The notes: generated by a model not told the origin, from the letters alone. DNA of 64,000 bases from Vicugna vicugna (GCA_013265495.1 MU061538.1:994001-1058000); one strand, 5' to 3'; shown: positions 26,691 to 39,451, counted from the stretch's first letter. Program-made: numbers and translations.

Positions 26691-29600
26691 ACTTTTTTCC
26701 CTTGTAAAATGTCCTTAACTTTGGTGATTAATTTCCCTTGGTAATGACAAAGGCAAAAACGTACCTTTGCGGGGGAGAGGTCTGCTGGCCTTAGCTGTAA
26801 TTAGGTGACCGAGCGCCACCAGCCATGATCTGTGCCAACTGCGTGTCCCAGGTGCAGTGGGAAAGGCGCCAGTGTCCCCTGCAGTGAGTGTCCCAATCAC
26901 GTTTACACCGAAGCTGCTGCACACAACCAGGATGCGTCATGACAATGGGCCAGGACTCTCCAAAACCCAGTTTCGTGAGAGCTTTTCGTGAGAAGGGGCG
27001 GGGGATGTTCTAGGCTAAAAGAGAAATAAAAGAAAATGTGACGCTGAACCTTGATTGTATTCTACCTAGGAAAAAAGCAGCCACAGAAAACTCATTTTAT
27101 ATCAACTGGCAGTATGAGAACTGGATCGTCTGTGGGACTGCCTCACTGGATGGATGTTCGAGAGCTCAGGTGCAGTGATGCAGTCGCCGTAACTGGAGAA
27201 GGTTCTTGTCCTCAGGAGACGCAGGCTGACAGCTTCAGAGGTAAGTGTCACGATGCCTGTTACTTCCAGACAATGCTATCAAAACATGTGTGTGTATAAA
27301 TGGTTGTGTATTATATATAAAAGAGACGAAAACCAATGTGGTGAATGTTAACAACTAGCAAACCAAAAAAACAAAAGTGAAAGAACTTGCCCTCTTTCTT
27401 TGGAAACACTTCTGACAAAAATGAAACAGTCCATTTTTAATGATTTTTTTATTTTTAAATGCTCATAAATCATTTTTACCTCGGCCTGAGACTAATCCCA
27501 TTTCACTGGGCGGTCGAGGGCTGTCGCCTCACCTCTCAGTCAGCAGGAGCAGCTGAGGCTGTGTAGGGCGCACCAGGGAGGCGAGGGGACCACGAGCCGG
27601 TTCCCCAGGGCAGAGGAAAGGCTGAGGCCCACGGTGGGGGCAGTCACTCTTCCGCAGACTTGACACTTCTGCAGCGGGGAAGGCGCTCACGTGGTAACTC
27701 CCGAGGCCATGGCTGGGCATCCTGGTTTGGACATGCTCAAGGTCAAAATCGCAGCTCCAGCGGCCCGTGGGCACACACAAGGCATTGTTTTCCAAACACA
27801 CACAGCCCTCAGTGTTCCTGAAATCACCTCTGCAGCCTTAGAATATTCTACATCACTCCCCATTTCCCCTTTCATCTTATCACACAAACATCATTTTTCA
27901 TCACTTATCCAGCCCCGCTCAAGATAAACGCCATCGCCCTGCGAACTAACTGCTTTCCTGCCGGCTTCATCAGCGAGGAACAGGACCCGACACGGAGGGT
28001 GAGAAAAAGCGAGCACCCGGCTCCCAGGCCAGTGTTACCTTCCCAAGAAAAGGCACGCTCTACCGGCCTTCCGCGGTGCTCTGAGCACACGTGTGTAGAG
28101 CAGTCACCTGAGCACCCACGTGTGCTGAGCGCCTGGCGCCTGGGGAGATGCGCGAGGCTCTCCAGGGGCTCCCAGCGCTTGAGAACGGTAGTCTCTGCGG
28201 GAAGCTGCCTGCACCGTCCAGAGCCTCCGTCCCTGGACACGTCTGATCTGGCTGCGGATGGCTCCCAGCACCGACCCCTGGGGCCCGTTCTAGGTCCTCC
28301 CGCGGCTCTGCTCTCTCCGGCATCCTGCCCTGGGCCCTCTCTCAGAACTTAGCCCCCCGAGGGGCTCCAACCCCCCTAGAGTGGAGTCTGCACCCTCAAA
28401 CAACCGTGACCCCCAGGCTGGGAGACATCCCCGAGCCCCTCCCTCCTCCAGGCCCTCTTCATCTCAAGGCACCGACTTCTGATGCGTCCATGGGGAAGGT
28501 CCCCAGAACCTTCCTTCTCACAGTTGCTCCTCTGGTCTGGTGTGTCACTTTTGCCCGGAGGTGACAGGGACTGTCTGGGTGGTCTCACTTGCCAGCCTTC
28601 ATCCAGCAAGTTTTGAAAACATGACCTTGATTATGTAACTTCCTTGCCAGTAACCCTGTGATGCGCCCCTGTCGCTGACCAGGTAAATCCCCAGCTCCCC
28701 AGCGAGAAGGGGTCCGTCACTATCCGGTTGCAGGTGCCCTGCTGGCTGTCTGTCCTGCGTCCCAGGGCCCCCTGACCCTGGCGCACCTGCCTCTCACGTC
28801 CTCCTGTAGGAGCCGGTCCAAACGTCACTTCCTCTGGAAAGCATCCCGCTGGGAAGAGCTGGCTGTCCTCATCACACCTTTGGTGCACTTGACCTGCAGG
28901 ACCCAACCTGACAAATGAGACTTGTGAGCTTTTCAAGCTCACCCTGGGCTCAGCGTGATGGCTGGCATCAAGCAGGCCCCCAACCAATGCTGAACGGGAT
29001 CAAGGAGTCCCGGTATTCTCCACGTCTTCCCTAGAAGGGGCTTCAGGCTGATGTGGTCCAGGGACGGCCCAGCCTTAGCACAAAGACTCACGTGGTACCG
29101 AGGGCTGGAAGGGAGCTGCGGACGGGGTGGCTCGAGGGAAGACGCTGTCACTGGGACGTCACCTGCACACAGGCCAGCAGCCTCGTGCCCCGAGCTCTTG
29201 GTGACTGATGCCCCGGCCCCCAGGCTTTGGTCAGTTAACGAGGGGGCCGTCCCTGCAGCCCCGCTGGTTCCTCCTGCTCACCCAGGGCGCCTCACAAGTG
29301 AACCAATGGAGGCAGTGTCACCGCCGCACAGGGAGGCCTCGTTGATTTTTCACAGAAGAGGCGAAAGTGATTTGAATTAGCTTAGCTATTTTCATGAAAA
29401 AACATCAGTGTCTTAGGCCTTTGAAGAATGAGTTCTGCATTATGAATGCTTTATTAAAATTCTTTATTTTCAAATAATTTAAAACTTACAGAAGATGATA
29501 AACATATACTTCATCTATATAAACTCCACCCAGGCTCAGTGACAACTAGCATTTTGCCTCACCTGCTTTCTCTCTGTCCACGGGCACAGAGGGAGAGGGA

Positions 29601-30125
29601 CAGAGAGGCCCTTTTAGGTGCAGCCTTCCGTCTGCCGACAAGCCTCTTCTTTCCAAGCAAACCTTCACTGGCCCCGACACAAAACAGGAAAAACGGATTT
29701 TATGTGTACATTTTAATACATTGGGAAGTTTGTTCCTTCTGCCTCTATTTCAAAAGATAAATTCCTTAAAAGCCAGCTTTTCTTTCCTACACATCAGAAA
29801 CTCTCTACATCAACAGCTCTCAGCCGCACCCCAAGTCCAAGGGCCCACGTGGCACCAAGCGCTGGCCGAGTGGCCTGCGCTTTTCTCAGATGTGAATTAT
29901 TATTGTAATAAATTAAAACCCCTTCATATTTAATAAAAGCAGTTCTGAATTCACAGTAGCTTTTGCTCAAGATGTACTTATTTACTGAAAGCATAATTAT
30001 GATCACGTGGAAACCCAGTGTTCCATCTAAAGAAGACAGTTTTGGATAACCTGCCATGTAATAAATGCAAAACTTAAGCAATGAATTAAGTCACAAACAT
30101 ACTCCATGGCAAAGGGAAAGACACT

Positions 30126-30131
30126 TTTATT
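30126..30131 (-). terminator. NOM1: Candidate NOM1 polyadenylation signal
   Basis: AATAAA on the minus strand ~1.6 kb past the stop; alternatives exist at ~29450-29468. Confidence 0.4.
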
Positions 30132-31735
30132 GTTTTAAAAATTAGAGATGATGTAAAAACGGGGCTCCGGTTACAGAAGATTATCTTCTGCAGGAAAGTC
30201 AGCTGAGCAAACCGGCATCTCGCACAAGGGGTAGCACCTGCGTTACCACGTTTCCAGCCGTGGCAGCTGCTCGGGGACTGGTCCTGGCCCAGGTCACAGG
30301 GGGACGGGAGCCTCGCAGGGCGGACACCACCTGTGTCACCGCGCCCCGCCGAGGGGCTCAGCCGACGCTGACTTCAGGGCGAGGTGCCCCAGGGGAGGGG
30401 ACAGTGATGAGCTGACCTCAGCCCGTCCCCGCCCCGCAGACACTGTGAAAAAGCGCCCAGCACGGCGACGGCCCACCTCAGCGCCTCCCCCCACCCCGCC
30501 CTTGGCCTTCTTTCTCTGCTGAGTTCAGAACTGGCTGGAAGATACACAGGTTTGTCACGTGGCCTCAGGGGTGCGAGGGGAGCCCAAGAAAGAGCAGACA
30601 GTCTCCGTGTTGCTCTGCACTTAATCTCGGGGTGTTCCCGAGTCTGCACCCCCGGCTCGGGGACCCCCCGGAGACGCTGACTGCATGCCACAGCGTCTCG
30701 GCACACGCTGTGGCAGGGCCACATTAGTGCTTAAAGGCGTGTGACTTTCACAGGGGAGCCTGAGGGCCTGAGCCAAGGTGGCCACTGGGATGGGCGGTGT
30801 GGCCGGCCTGTGTGACTCTGTGTACAAACTACTGTTCTGTCCTCACATCTTGGTGACTTTCCTCAATGACTGAAGGGAGAGAGAACTAAGTTCAAAGGGC
30901 GGGAAAAAGAAGACATCTGTGACCCAGTGGCAGATGGAAGGCGTCTGAGCACGTTCCTGCTTCTCCTCAGAGTCGACGGTATGCGTCGCCGGCAGCCGGG
31001 GCGCGGGGTTCTCGCCAGATAAACATGCATTCCCGGCAGGCAGTTGTCTTATTCATGTCACACCTGCCGGAACCCAGCTCGGCAGCAGCACCTGTTAAGT
31101 GTCCAACATCTATCTGGTGACCTCGAAGTTGTTCAGGAAAGTGCCTTACGACCTGGAATTGATGGGGCTGAGCCACGGACACAAACGGGGAGGAACACCC
31201 TTCACGATGCCGGAATTTTAGAGGAGTGACCAGGAAGCCCCCAGGCCGTGCTCTGCCGGCACCTGCGAGGCCTGAGTTTACTGATGACTTTTCCGGAACA
31301 CTTGCATTCCAAATACTTGAAATAATCAAACACCAGGCACGTTTAACTGATGGTTTTTGAACTTTTAACCAATATATTAAAAAAGATAAAAATGCATCAA
31401 TTTCTTTATAAGAAAAGAAATACTTCCGTGCACTGCCTGGAAGCCTACTTTGTCTATTAAAAAAATAAGACACTGGCACACCCCTCGCGGTCTCATCACT
31501 TAGAGAACACTGTCCAGTGTCTGCCACTCCCCCTCCCGCTTCCACTACGTACAAAGAGATATAGTTATTTGACAATGGTTCAAAACACAAATACAATATA
31601 ACTTCAATCAAAATACATTTTAAATACATCAGACTGTGCTACAGCTCCACCAGGCTTTACACGGAGCAGAGTAACGGGCCTTCTGAGTTTACAAAGAACA
31701 TTTTACAGACAGATGAGCACCCCCCCACCCCCGGA

Positions 31736-31910
31736 CTACATCCTCAGGGAAGCCCTTCCCTGCAGAGACCTGGTGGTGAGCTCAGCTCTCTCCCTGAGCA
31801 CGCTGGCCTCCTCGGCACTCCCGGGGACCTGGCTGCCCTTCAGCAGGAAGTGGCTGATGAAAAGCTTCAGGCCCTCCCGCAACAGGCCCAGCGCGGGGTT
31901 GTCCGACACC
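31736..31910 (-). CDS. NOM1: NOM1 exon 11 (last coding exon)
   Basis: Acceptor CGCAG|G; (R)VSDNPALGLLREGLKLFISHFLLKGSQ...RSLQGRASLRM*; stop TAG 31738-31736. Confidence 0.93.
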
Positions 31911-32223
31911 CTGCGGGGGAACAGAACAGGCGGTCAGGGCAGTGACCCGTCAGGCCCCCAGCCTCGGTTCTAGAAACCCTGAACAGGAAGCCACACCTGG
32001 TTTCTGTCCCAAGCAGAGCTCTCAGTTAAGGACTTCAGGACGTGTTCTATCTGCTAGAAGTCATTACTGGTTTGCTGGGTTAGGCGGGCTTCCCGCTCCC
32101 CAAGTTGATGTACGAGACATCATTACAATTAAGATGGAGCAGCTACACGTAAGCGCTTCCAAAGTAGCAGGAGCGGAAATCACTCCTCTCAATACGTTTC
32201 ATCAGAGCAAGCTGGGAACCAAC

Positions 32224-32333
32224 CTTGCAAAAATTAAACCAAGGTCTTCAACCTCTGTTTCCATTAACAGCATATATAACACTTTTCTTAAGAAGTGGAC
32301 CCTGGGTTTGTCCAATTCACTGAATTCAACGAC
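32224..32333 (-). CDS. NOM1: NOM1 exon 10
   Basis: TTAG|GTC; VVEFSELDKPRVHFLRKVLYMLLMETEVEDLGLIFA(R); donor AG|GTTGGT; 110 bp. Confidence 0.93.
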
Positions 32334-32639
32334 CTAATAGAGCCAGAATAAAAAATAATAAAGTTACATTGGTTTAAGCCAACTTTTCAATGATTTCTAA
32401 ATACAGTTTGAGTAAAAAGTAACCCCCCCACCCCCTTAAATAAGGCTATTTCCAGTTTTACAAAATGAACAGCTGTTGGCGAGACTGTGGGGCCCTGGCA
32501 CCGCATCACAGCAGTGTGGAGAGTGGCCTGGAGCGGCGAGTCCAGATCGGGGGTGGGTACCTAGTCATTCAGGAAACTAATTTCTAGAACTGAAACATAC
32601 CATCTCCATGCCTTAAAGAAACTACCCCCTAATTAAAGC

Positions 32640-32640
<1 letters not shown>

Positions 32641-32666
<26 letters not shown>
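32641..32666 (+). repeat. (AC)13 microsatellite
   Basis: Direct read. Confidence 0.95.
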
Positions 32667-32670
<4 letters not shown>

Positions 32671-32879
32671 TGGATCCAGGAGGAACCAATTCATACACAC
32701 ATAAATCACAGTACACTTACACAGGGGAACACTACACAGCAGTAATCAAATCAAAGCAGAGACTGCAACTACAGATAGCAACATGGATAAATTCCAAACT
32801 TCCATTGAATTTAAAAAAATAACTAAAGGACACCACACCGCTCAACCCCGCCGCTGTGGGGGAGTGTGGACGGGTGTGG

Positions 32880-33055
32880 CTGTGTTTCAGTGAAACTGCA
32901 TCTGCGGACATTAATTTTGAATTTTATATGGCTTTATTCTTCTTTTGACTTTCCCCCAACTTTTAAAAATGCAGAAACCATTCTTAGATCATGGGCTCTA
33001 AAAAAACAAAGTGGTGAATCGTATTTGACCGCCAAGCTGTAGTTTGTCAACACCT
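32880..33055 (+). mobile_element. MER58-like hAT DNA transposon fragment
   Basis: TTTTAAAAATGCAGAAACCATTCTTAG...TGTAGTTTGTCAACACCT resembles the MER58 3' end, from memory. Confidence 0.5.
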
Positions 33056-34340
33056 CGTTTAACACAAAAACCTTGGTAGAACTGAACACAAACTCCTTGG
33101 AGGCTGAGAGAAAAACTAGCAACAAACTAGAAAAAGAAGAAAACTCCTGAACTTCAGAAAACTACAAGAGACATCACCTGACAAATAAACACGACGAGTG
33201 TTCCTCACTGACGCCAGGAGGAAACCGGGAGCGCCTGCCCCTGTTCTAGTCCACAACATCCTGCTGGCTCGGGGAGGAGGGACAGAAGCAGCTGTTCTGG
33301 TGATCTGATCGTTCTCGTCAAACCCCCAGAGGCTAAACGTGAAAATTCAGGTGACCTGGCACAAGCTCAGCAAAACTCAGGTTTCCCTCACAGCAGCAAC
33401 AAGCGATCGGACAATGTAATTAAAACTGCACGGTATCCCTGCAGAGAGCGCCCATCACACTGTTTTTTTTTAAAGTATGGTGACAGCGGAACGCTCTGTA
33501 TGGAGATTAAAACCACACAGAACGACGTGGGGGCTGTCGCGGACACACAGGTAGCGGGACCCTCTGAAGGGGGCCTGGCCTGGGGCTACGGCCGCTCGCA
33601 GGACACCTCTGGGCTCCCGTGCACCTGAGGGACGCACCGCACTCCACGCCACCCTGAGCTCAGACTCGAAGGCAAGGCTCACCCTGGTGGCAAGAAGGCA
33701 CGTGGGAGGCCCCGGGCCCCCACTTTCACTGCAGACCCCAGCCTGCAGGCTCAGGAGGTCGCCTGCAGCAGGTGAGCAGGACGCGTGAGCAGGAAAGCGC
33801 AGCTGCAGTCTGCGCGGCGGGCCCGGGGGCAGGGCGCGCGGAGGCCCCGGCCCCCAGGTTCCTGCACAGCACCGGCTCTCAGGACACCCAGACCCCAGTG
33901 TCCCACTGGCCAGGCACCCTCCACCTGCTCCCGCATCTTGGCTGCACCGTCCACTCCAGGCCAACATCAGAGCACCTGCTGTTTCATCGACTTGGACGCA
34001 GCAACATGGAAGCATGACAGCGTTGGGGCCCCTGCTCTGGAACACCCCACGGCGACGGAAGAAAGCCCGCAGCCCGGCCCCACTCGCCCGCCTCCTCCCG
34101 ACTCGGCAGCAGCCGGTGCCCATGCATCCCCGGCCTGGAGACAGATCCACGGAGCCGCGCCACACCTTGAGCTGCGCCCAGAGCTCCTGGGCGCGTGAAT
34201 ACTGTGTGCTTTCGGTGACGCCTCCTATGACAAAAACGTGCTTCAGAATCGAAGGACACACATCTTCCTAAGGTACTGAGTGTAAGCAACCACAGCTGAG
34301 CTCTGAACTCGGCTCTGAATTGAGAACTGTATGCGCTGTA

Positions 34341-34520
34341 GGACCCTGGGGGCCGAGGCTGTCTGAATGCTCACACGGGACCACAGGGGTCGAAGGCTGG
34401 CTGAACGCTCACACGGGGAACTGCAGGGGTCGAAGGCTGGCTGAACGCTCACACGGGGGACCGCAGGGGTCGAAGGCTGGCTGAACGCTCACGTGTGGGA
34501 CCACAGGGCCAAGGCTGGCT
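34341..34520 (+). repeat. 40-bp minisatellite in NOM1 intron 9
   Basis: CAGGGGTCGAAGGCTGGCTGAACGCTCAC recurs at 34384, 34424 and 34464, with degenerate flanking copies. Confidence 0.92.
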
Positions 34521-34640
34521 ATGAAGTTACACTCGGATTTTCGCCTGCACGGGGTTGGCGCCCTGCACCCCCCCATGGCCCAAGGTTCACCTGTCAACTG
34601 TCATTTCATTGCTTCGAATAACTGCATACGTTACACGCAC

Positions 34641-34772
34641 CTTTAAGATGGAAAGTGGCAGTGATTTTGTCTTCAACAAGTGGGCCACCAGGTGAACCAA
34701 ATTAGAGAAATTAGTGGCTGGCAAATTGTCTAAATCCCGAAATTTGTCCCAGATGCTGAACTGGAAAGTCAT
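34641..34772 (-). CDS. NOM1: NOM1 exon 9 (MA3/MI domain)
   Basis: TTAG|ATG; MTFQFSIWDKFRDLDNLPATNFSNLVHLVAHLLKTKSLPLSILK; donor AAG|GTGCGT; 132 bp. Confidence 0.95.
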
Positions 34773-34854
34773 CTAATAGAAAGATACAAAAAAAAAGCTA
34801 AAATTCAACAAATTTAGAAGGAAACACAAAGAATACAAAAGTACTGTACTTATT

Positions 34855-34992
34855 CATTTGTTTGTTTTTTGATTATTTTGGGGCGGTTAGGCTAACTTAT
34901 TTTTATTTATTTTTAATGGAGGTACTGGGGATGGAACCCAGGACCGCGTGCGTGCTAAGCATGTGCTCTACTCCTGAGCCACACCTTCCCCC
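34855..34992 (-). mobile_element. tRNA-derived SINE (Vic-1-like)
   Basis: Reverse complement reads GGGGGAAGGTGTGGCTCAGGAGTAGAGCACATGCTTAGC...GGTCCTGGGTTCCATCCCCAGTACCTCC plus A-rich tail. Confidence 0.85.
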
Positions 34993-35338
34993 CTTGTTCG
35001 TAAAACTCTAAAAATAAAGACTCTTAGAAGCAACTACCCTTTCTTTTCCTACACACAGTTGTGTGAGTAGCTTCACAGTAGGTTCTCTCTACTGCTGTGT
35101 CTTCCCTCAAGTCAGCAGGAACATGAGAAAAGCACGTTAGGAAAGGAAGGTGTGGCATCAACCAGCGGGACGTGCCGCCGGTTAACCAGGTCGTACCGCC
35201 CCTCACTGGTGACACAGGGGACGCTGCCGACTGTGCCCACCCTCTGCACGCAGCCCTGGCCCCAGGGGCCTCCTGACTCGGGGCACTCGTTGAAGGGGGG
35301 CTGAGCCGGCCACCTGGCCGGCCTTCCAGCTTTGTCAC

Positions 35339-35471
35339 CTGAAACCGCCTCTCGTAGTCACACAGCTTGCCGGCCAGGAACGCATAGAAAGGGTTGTACA
35401 TTCTCTCCTGAAGGCAGCAATCCATGAGGACGTGGACTATTTCCCTCTCCTGCTGATCCTTAAGTCCAAGT
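35339..35471 (-). CDS. NOM1: NOM1 exon 8 (MA3/MI domain)
   Basis: TTACAG|A; LGLKDQQEREIVHVLMDCCLQERMYNPFYAFLAGKLCDYERRFQ; donor CAG|GTGACA; 133 bp. Confidence 0.95.
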
Positions 35472-36195
35472 CTGTAAGACAGAGGAACAGCAACAACTTA
35501 ATCTTCAATTTGCCAAATTTTAACAGCTTTAAGGCAGAATCTTTCAGAGGAACACAGTCTGTCTGAAGGTCTGGTTAAAAGTAAGCTGAGGAGAGGAGGT
35601 GGGGGTAGCGAGCCTGGAGCCCCAGGCCCGGCCCCACCCTCTGACCTCAGTGTTTCCACGCAGCCCAGCGAGGGAACCCAGCGCTCTACAGTCTGTCACT
35701 GACCCCGCGCGACCACATCGTTTGGTCTGTAAGCAGCAAAACCTGCCCTGTTAGTGCACAGCGTGCAGTTTGGACGAGTGTTTGTACTTTTGCAGTACTT
35801 CCCTATACTTCCTTCTGAATCTGAAGCAAATGAAACAAAGTTAATCAACACCAGACCTTTTAGGAGTACTTTGTTAAAGTGCACAGGTGCTTCTGAATCT
35901 TACACAACTAATTATAGAAACTACACCAAGAAGTTTTAATTTAGGAGTAAAATTGTTAGAAAGAGAACTTTAATAGGAAGGTTCTAAGCAACTCATGACA
36001 AACTACAGCCCCTGAGAACTGTCAGCTGGTCGGCGGGCAGGAGCCGGACCGCAGCCCCAGGCGTCGGGCTGTTGGCAGGGGGAGGGCCTGGGCCCCAAGC
36101 AGCACCAGGCCCGGCCTCCGCGGTGCGAAGCCCGACCCCCTCGTTTCTCAGCATCTAACCCAACGGCAGTTCAGAACGTTCACATAGAGGCTTAC

Positions 36196-36317
36196 TTTAG
36201 AAGCTTTTCAAATGCATCCAGAAAGTCTTCACTAGTCATTATTGTACAAAATATGTTTCTCCTGACGTCAGTGTTCATCCTCTGCTTCCGGGCAAGTTCC
36301 AGGATCTTCGCACTGAC
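36196..36317 (-). CDS. NOM1: NOM1 exon 7
   Basis: CCCAG|GTC; VSAKILELARKQRMNTDVRRNIFCTIMTSEDFLDAFEKLL(K); donor AA|GTAAG; 122 bp. Confidence 0.95.
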
Positions 36318-36755
36318 CTGGGAGGGACGACAGAGGCAAAGGTCGCACAAACGTCTCCCTGAAATTCGCTCTTGGCTTAGTGCTGTTATTAAGCGTCCAG
36401 AAGAGAACGTGCATAGTTCTGCCGTCTGACCCGAGCATCGCCGTCAACTGCACGTGCACCCTGCGTGGAGATGCTAAGTCTGCTGCTGGCCGACGGCCCC
36501 ATGAAGAGAAGACAGCAGGAGCTCACGGCCACCGAGGAAGCGCCGCGCGACGGGGGGCTTCTTGAGGCAGCGGAATCAAGCAGAGGCCCCTCGGCCAGGT
36601 GGACAGAGACGGCCAGGTGTGACGGGGCCCTGGGACAAAGAGGATGCCGTGGGAAATGGAGGAAATCTGAGTAACACGCAGACTGTGGTCAGTAGTAAAG
36701 AAAATAAAAGCACAGATGTGGGCAGTCAGAAACCCGGGCCAATGGGCCAGGAGCT

Positions 36756-36914
36756 GTGTCTCCCGGGAACAACGCCACCTTGTCCTGACTGTCATGAGTT
36801 CCCCTCACTCCACTCCACTTTGAAGTACGTGTCTCCCGGGAACAACGCCACCTTATCTGTGACCCGAGTGTCCTGACTGTCATGAGTTCCCCTCACTCCA
36901 CTCCACTTTGAAGT
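36756..36914 (+). repeat. Tandem duplication (71 bp and 86 bp copies) in NOM1 intron 6
   Basis: GTGTCTCCCGGGAACAACGCCACCT...TGTCCTGACTGTCATGAGTTCCCCTCACTCCACTCCACTTTGAAGT twice; the second copy has 15 extra bp. Confidence 0.92.
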
Positions 36915-37071
36915 CTCTCATGTAATGTTTTGAGGAAACCACAGAAATGGAATTAAATGACAGCACAAAACAAGTCATTTCTAGGAGGCCTTCAGGTAAA
37001 TTCGGGGAAGTCCACAGCAAGACGCAGGGGACACAGAAGGCACCTGTGGCAGTGAGCTCAGGGTGGCGTAC

Positions 37072-37239
37072 CGTCCCCAGGGGCCGCTTCTGTGGGGTCT
37101 TCTGCTGACCGTTGTCAATCATCGGGGCGCCGCTCCAGGCCGACCCCACGATCCACCAGCGCCCAGTCTGCTCCGCGTTCAGGATGTTGTCCCAGGAGAC
37201 ACGGAGCTGAGTCTCTGTCCCTGAGCCGGCGCCGCGCAC
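37072..37239 (-). CDS. NOM1: NOM1 exon 6
   Basis: CAG|GTG; VRGAGSGTETQLRVSWDNILNAEQTGRWWIVGSAWSGAPM...PLGT; donor ACG|GTACGC; 168 bp. Confidence 0.95.
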
Positions 37240-37867
37240 CTGACAGAAGGAAGGGAAGGAGTTGGTGCTGCTTCTGATGGCTCAAGTCGAGGTCGCCTCA
37301 CGCCAGGCGCTTCCGCTTCTGCATGTCAGCGCTCACGGGGCCGTGATGGGTCACCCACACCGGGGACAGAGGCAAACTCTCAGCACGGGCCTGAGCTCTG
37401 CACGTCTGTCACCCCAGGCACTGCTGTCTCAGGACAGTCACCACTCGGTGGGAAAAGGCTCCGACTCAGGCCACGGGGGAGCCCCACCAGCTGAGACTCT
37501 GACCAGGAGGGGCTGGGACTTGCTGGAGTCAGCAATCCTCAGGCTGACCAAAGACCAGGGCTGAAGAATGTGCCCGATGTTAGCAACACCCAAGGAACTC
37601 GGATGAGCCCCCCAGCACCGATGCTGACCTACTGGCCCAGGCCCTTCTTCAAAGCAATCAGAGGACCTTGCTGTGTGGCCGAGCCGAGGCCCCGCCGGGC
37701 CTGGTGTGGCGCCCACACAGCTCTCAGCCCCGCCCTCGGGCCACGCACAGGGTCCCAGCACAGACACAGGACACTTCCTTCCCAGATCAGGGGCCCTGCT
37801 GCCCTCCGCAGGGCGGGGGGGGGGGGTGGCGTGGGCCCACGCTCAGAGCCGCGCACAGGGAGGTTAC

Positions 37868-37978
37868 CAGCGCTCTCTGCAGCTTCCGCAGCCTCTCCAC
37901 AGGTTCGGGGTCGTAGCCCGGAATCTTCCGCACGTCGTTGTTCTTCAGGGCCAACAGTGTCTCCAGCATAAACCGGAT
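37868..37978 (-). CDS. NOM1: NOM1 exon 5
   Basis: TTTTAAG|ATC; IRFMLETLLALKNNDVRKIPGYDPEPVERLRKLQRAL; donor CTG|GTAACC; 111 bp. Confidence 0.95.
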
Positions 37979-39451
37979 CTTAAAAAAAGCAGGAAAAGCC
38001 ATCACTGCAAATGGCCTCATTTCAACCTGAGAAGAAATAAACCACCTCTGCACACATGCTCATGCAGGATGTGTCAGAGGTGGCCTCCAGGCCGAGTCCA
38101 CGCTAACTTGGACGTCCGGCTCCAGGCCATTCGAGACTGGAGTGCAGGTCCTGCACCCGCCCGCTGGGGACATGAACACCCCCAGGACCTCCTGTCCCCT
38201 GCCACGCCCTGACCCCTCTCCCCAGCACCCCCCCTGCCCCCCGCACCCCTGCCACCCCCTCCCCAGCACCTCCCCTCCCCTCCGCGTCTGCAACTCCTGC
38301 CCGCCCCTTTCTGCTTTTTTAACTTTAAGTTGAAAGTAACATCACACAGAGAGCAGCCGTGAGAACAGCAGGACGCCCACACCCGCCTCCCAGGTCCCCG
38401 GGCCTTCACGTGGAACTGGGACAGAACCCACCTGCTTTAACAGCCACAGAAAGCGCACACTTAGTGCGTTCAGGGTTGTGCCACCGTCACCTCGATCAAC
38501 TGTGGAACACGTCATCACCACCCCAAACCTGCCCGGCCACCCTGCCCCCAGCTCCTCCAGCTTCAGGCACAAGTCAGACGCCGCTGTCTGCTGACACCCA
38601 TGTTCAAAATGTGACTTCTGGGCGTTCAACAGAGGGACAAGGTATCCATTGGGACATTCCACCCCAGCGCCTCAACACGTGGCAACTCCCCCACCTTCAC
38701 AGCTCCTGGGACCCCCGGAGGGTTTGGCCCCCCACCCCTCAGAGCTGGCCTGGAGCTCATCTTGGGTTGTCAACCACGGGCCAGCCTTTCTTCTGAGTCT
38801 GCATCTCCTGAACCACCAGCTGTCCATCTGAAGGCCCAAGCTGGGAACCTGGAGTCACCCCGACCCCTCCTTTCCACCACCCCTCACCCCCCCAAGTCTG
38901 GCCCCTTCTGACCCCCAAACCTGTGCCCATGGCACCCATGCGAACTGTCGCCCCAAGCCGAGTGGCTTCTCCCTCCCTCCTACGCTGTAGCCAAAGTGAC
39001 CTGAGCGGTGAAACTCCACGTGTACTCCTCTGCTCAGAACCCTTCTCGTGTCTGTGGGATAAAATCCCAATTCCCCAAGGGCTCAGCCCTCCCACCCTCC
39101 CATAGGCCTTCCCAGGACTTCCCGTGCCCAACAGGCTGCAGAACAGCGAACAAGGTGGGAGTCAGGATCGGCCCCACTTTTAGATGGGGAAACCGAGGCC
39201 TGGAGGACTTGGACCTGTCACTGCCGAGCAGGCGGACCTCCCCCAGCCCCACACCACAGGCCACCTCAGTCAACGTCTTCTGAGTGGCTGAATGTCAAAG
39301 AAATCGACTCTTACACTCACAATAGTGAGGAAACAAGGTTCGTGGACATTTTGAAGATAAAGCCACAAAGCCAGACAAGGCAGAAGGTAACGGGTCACGG
39401 GGACGAGTGTAGCATTTACCCCGAACACTCGTTTGTGTGGTGGGCTCGTAC

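Noticed and set aside
34341..34520. CRISPR-like periodic repeat
   Set aside because: No unique spacers, no cas genes, and it lies in a eukaryotic intron; it is a minisatellite.
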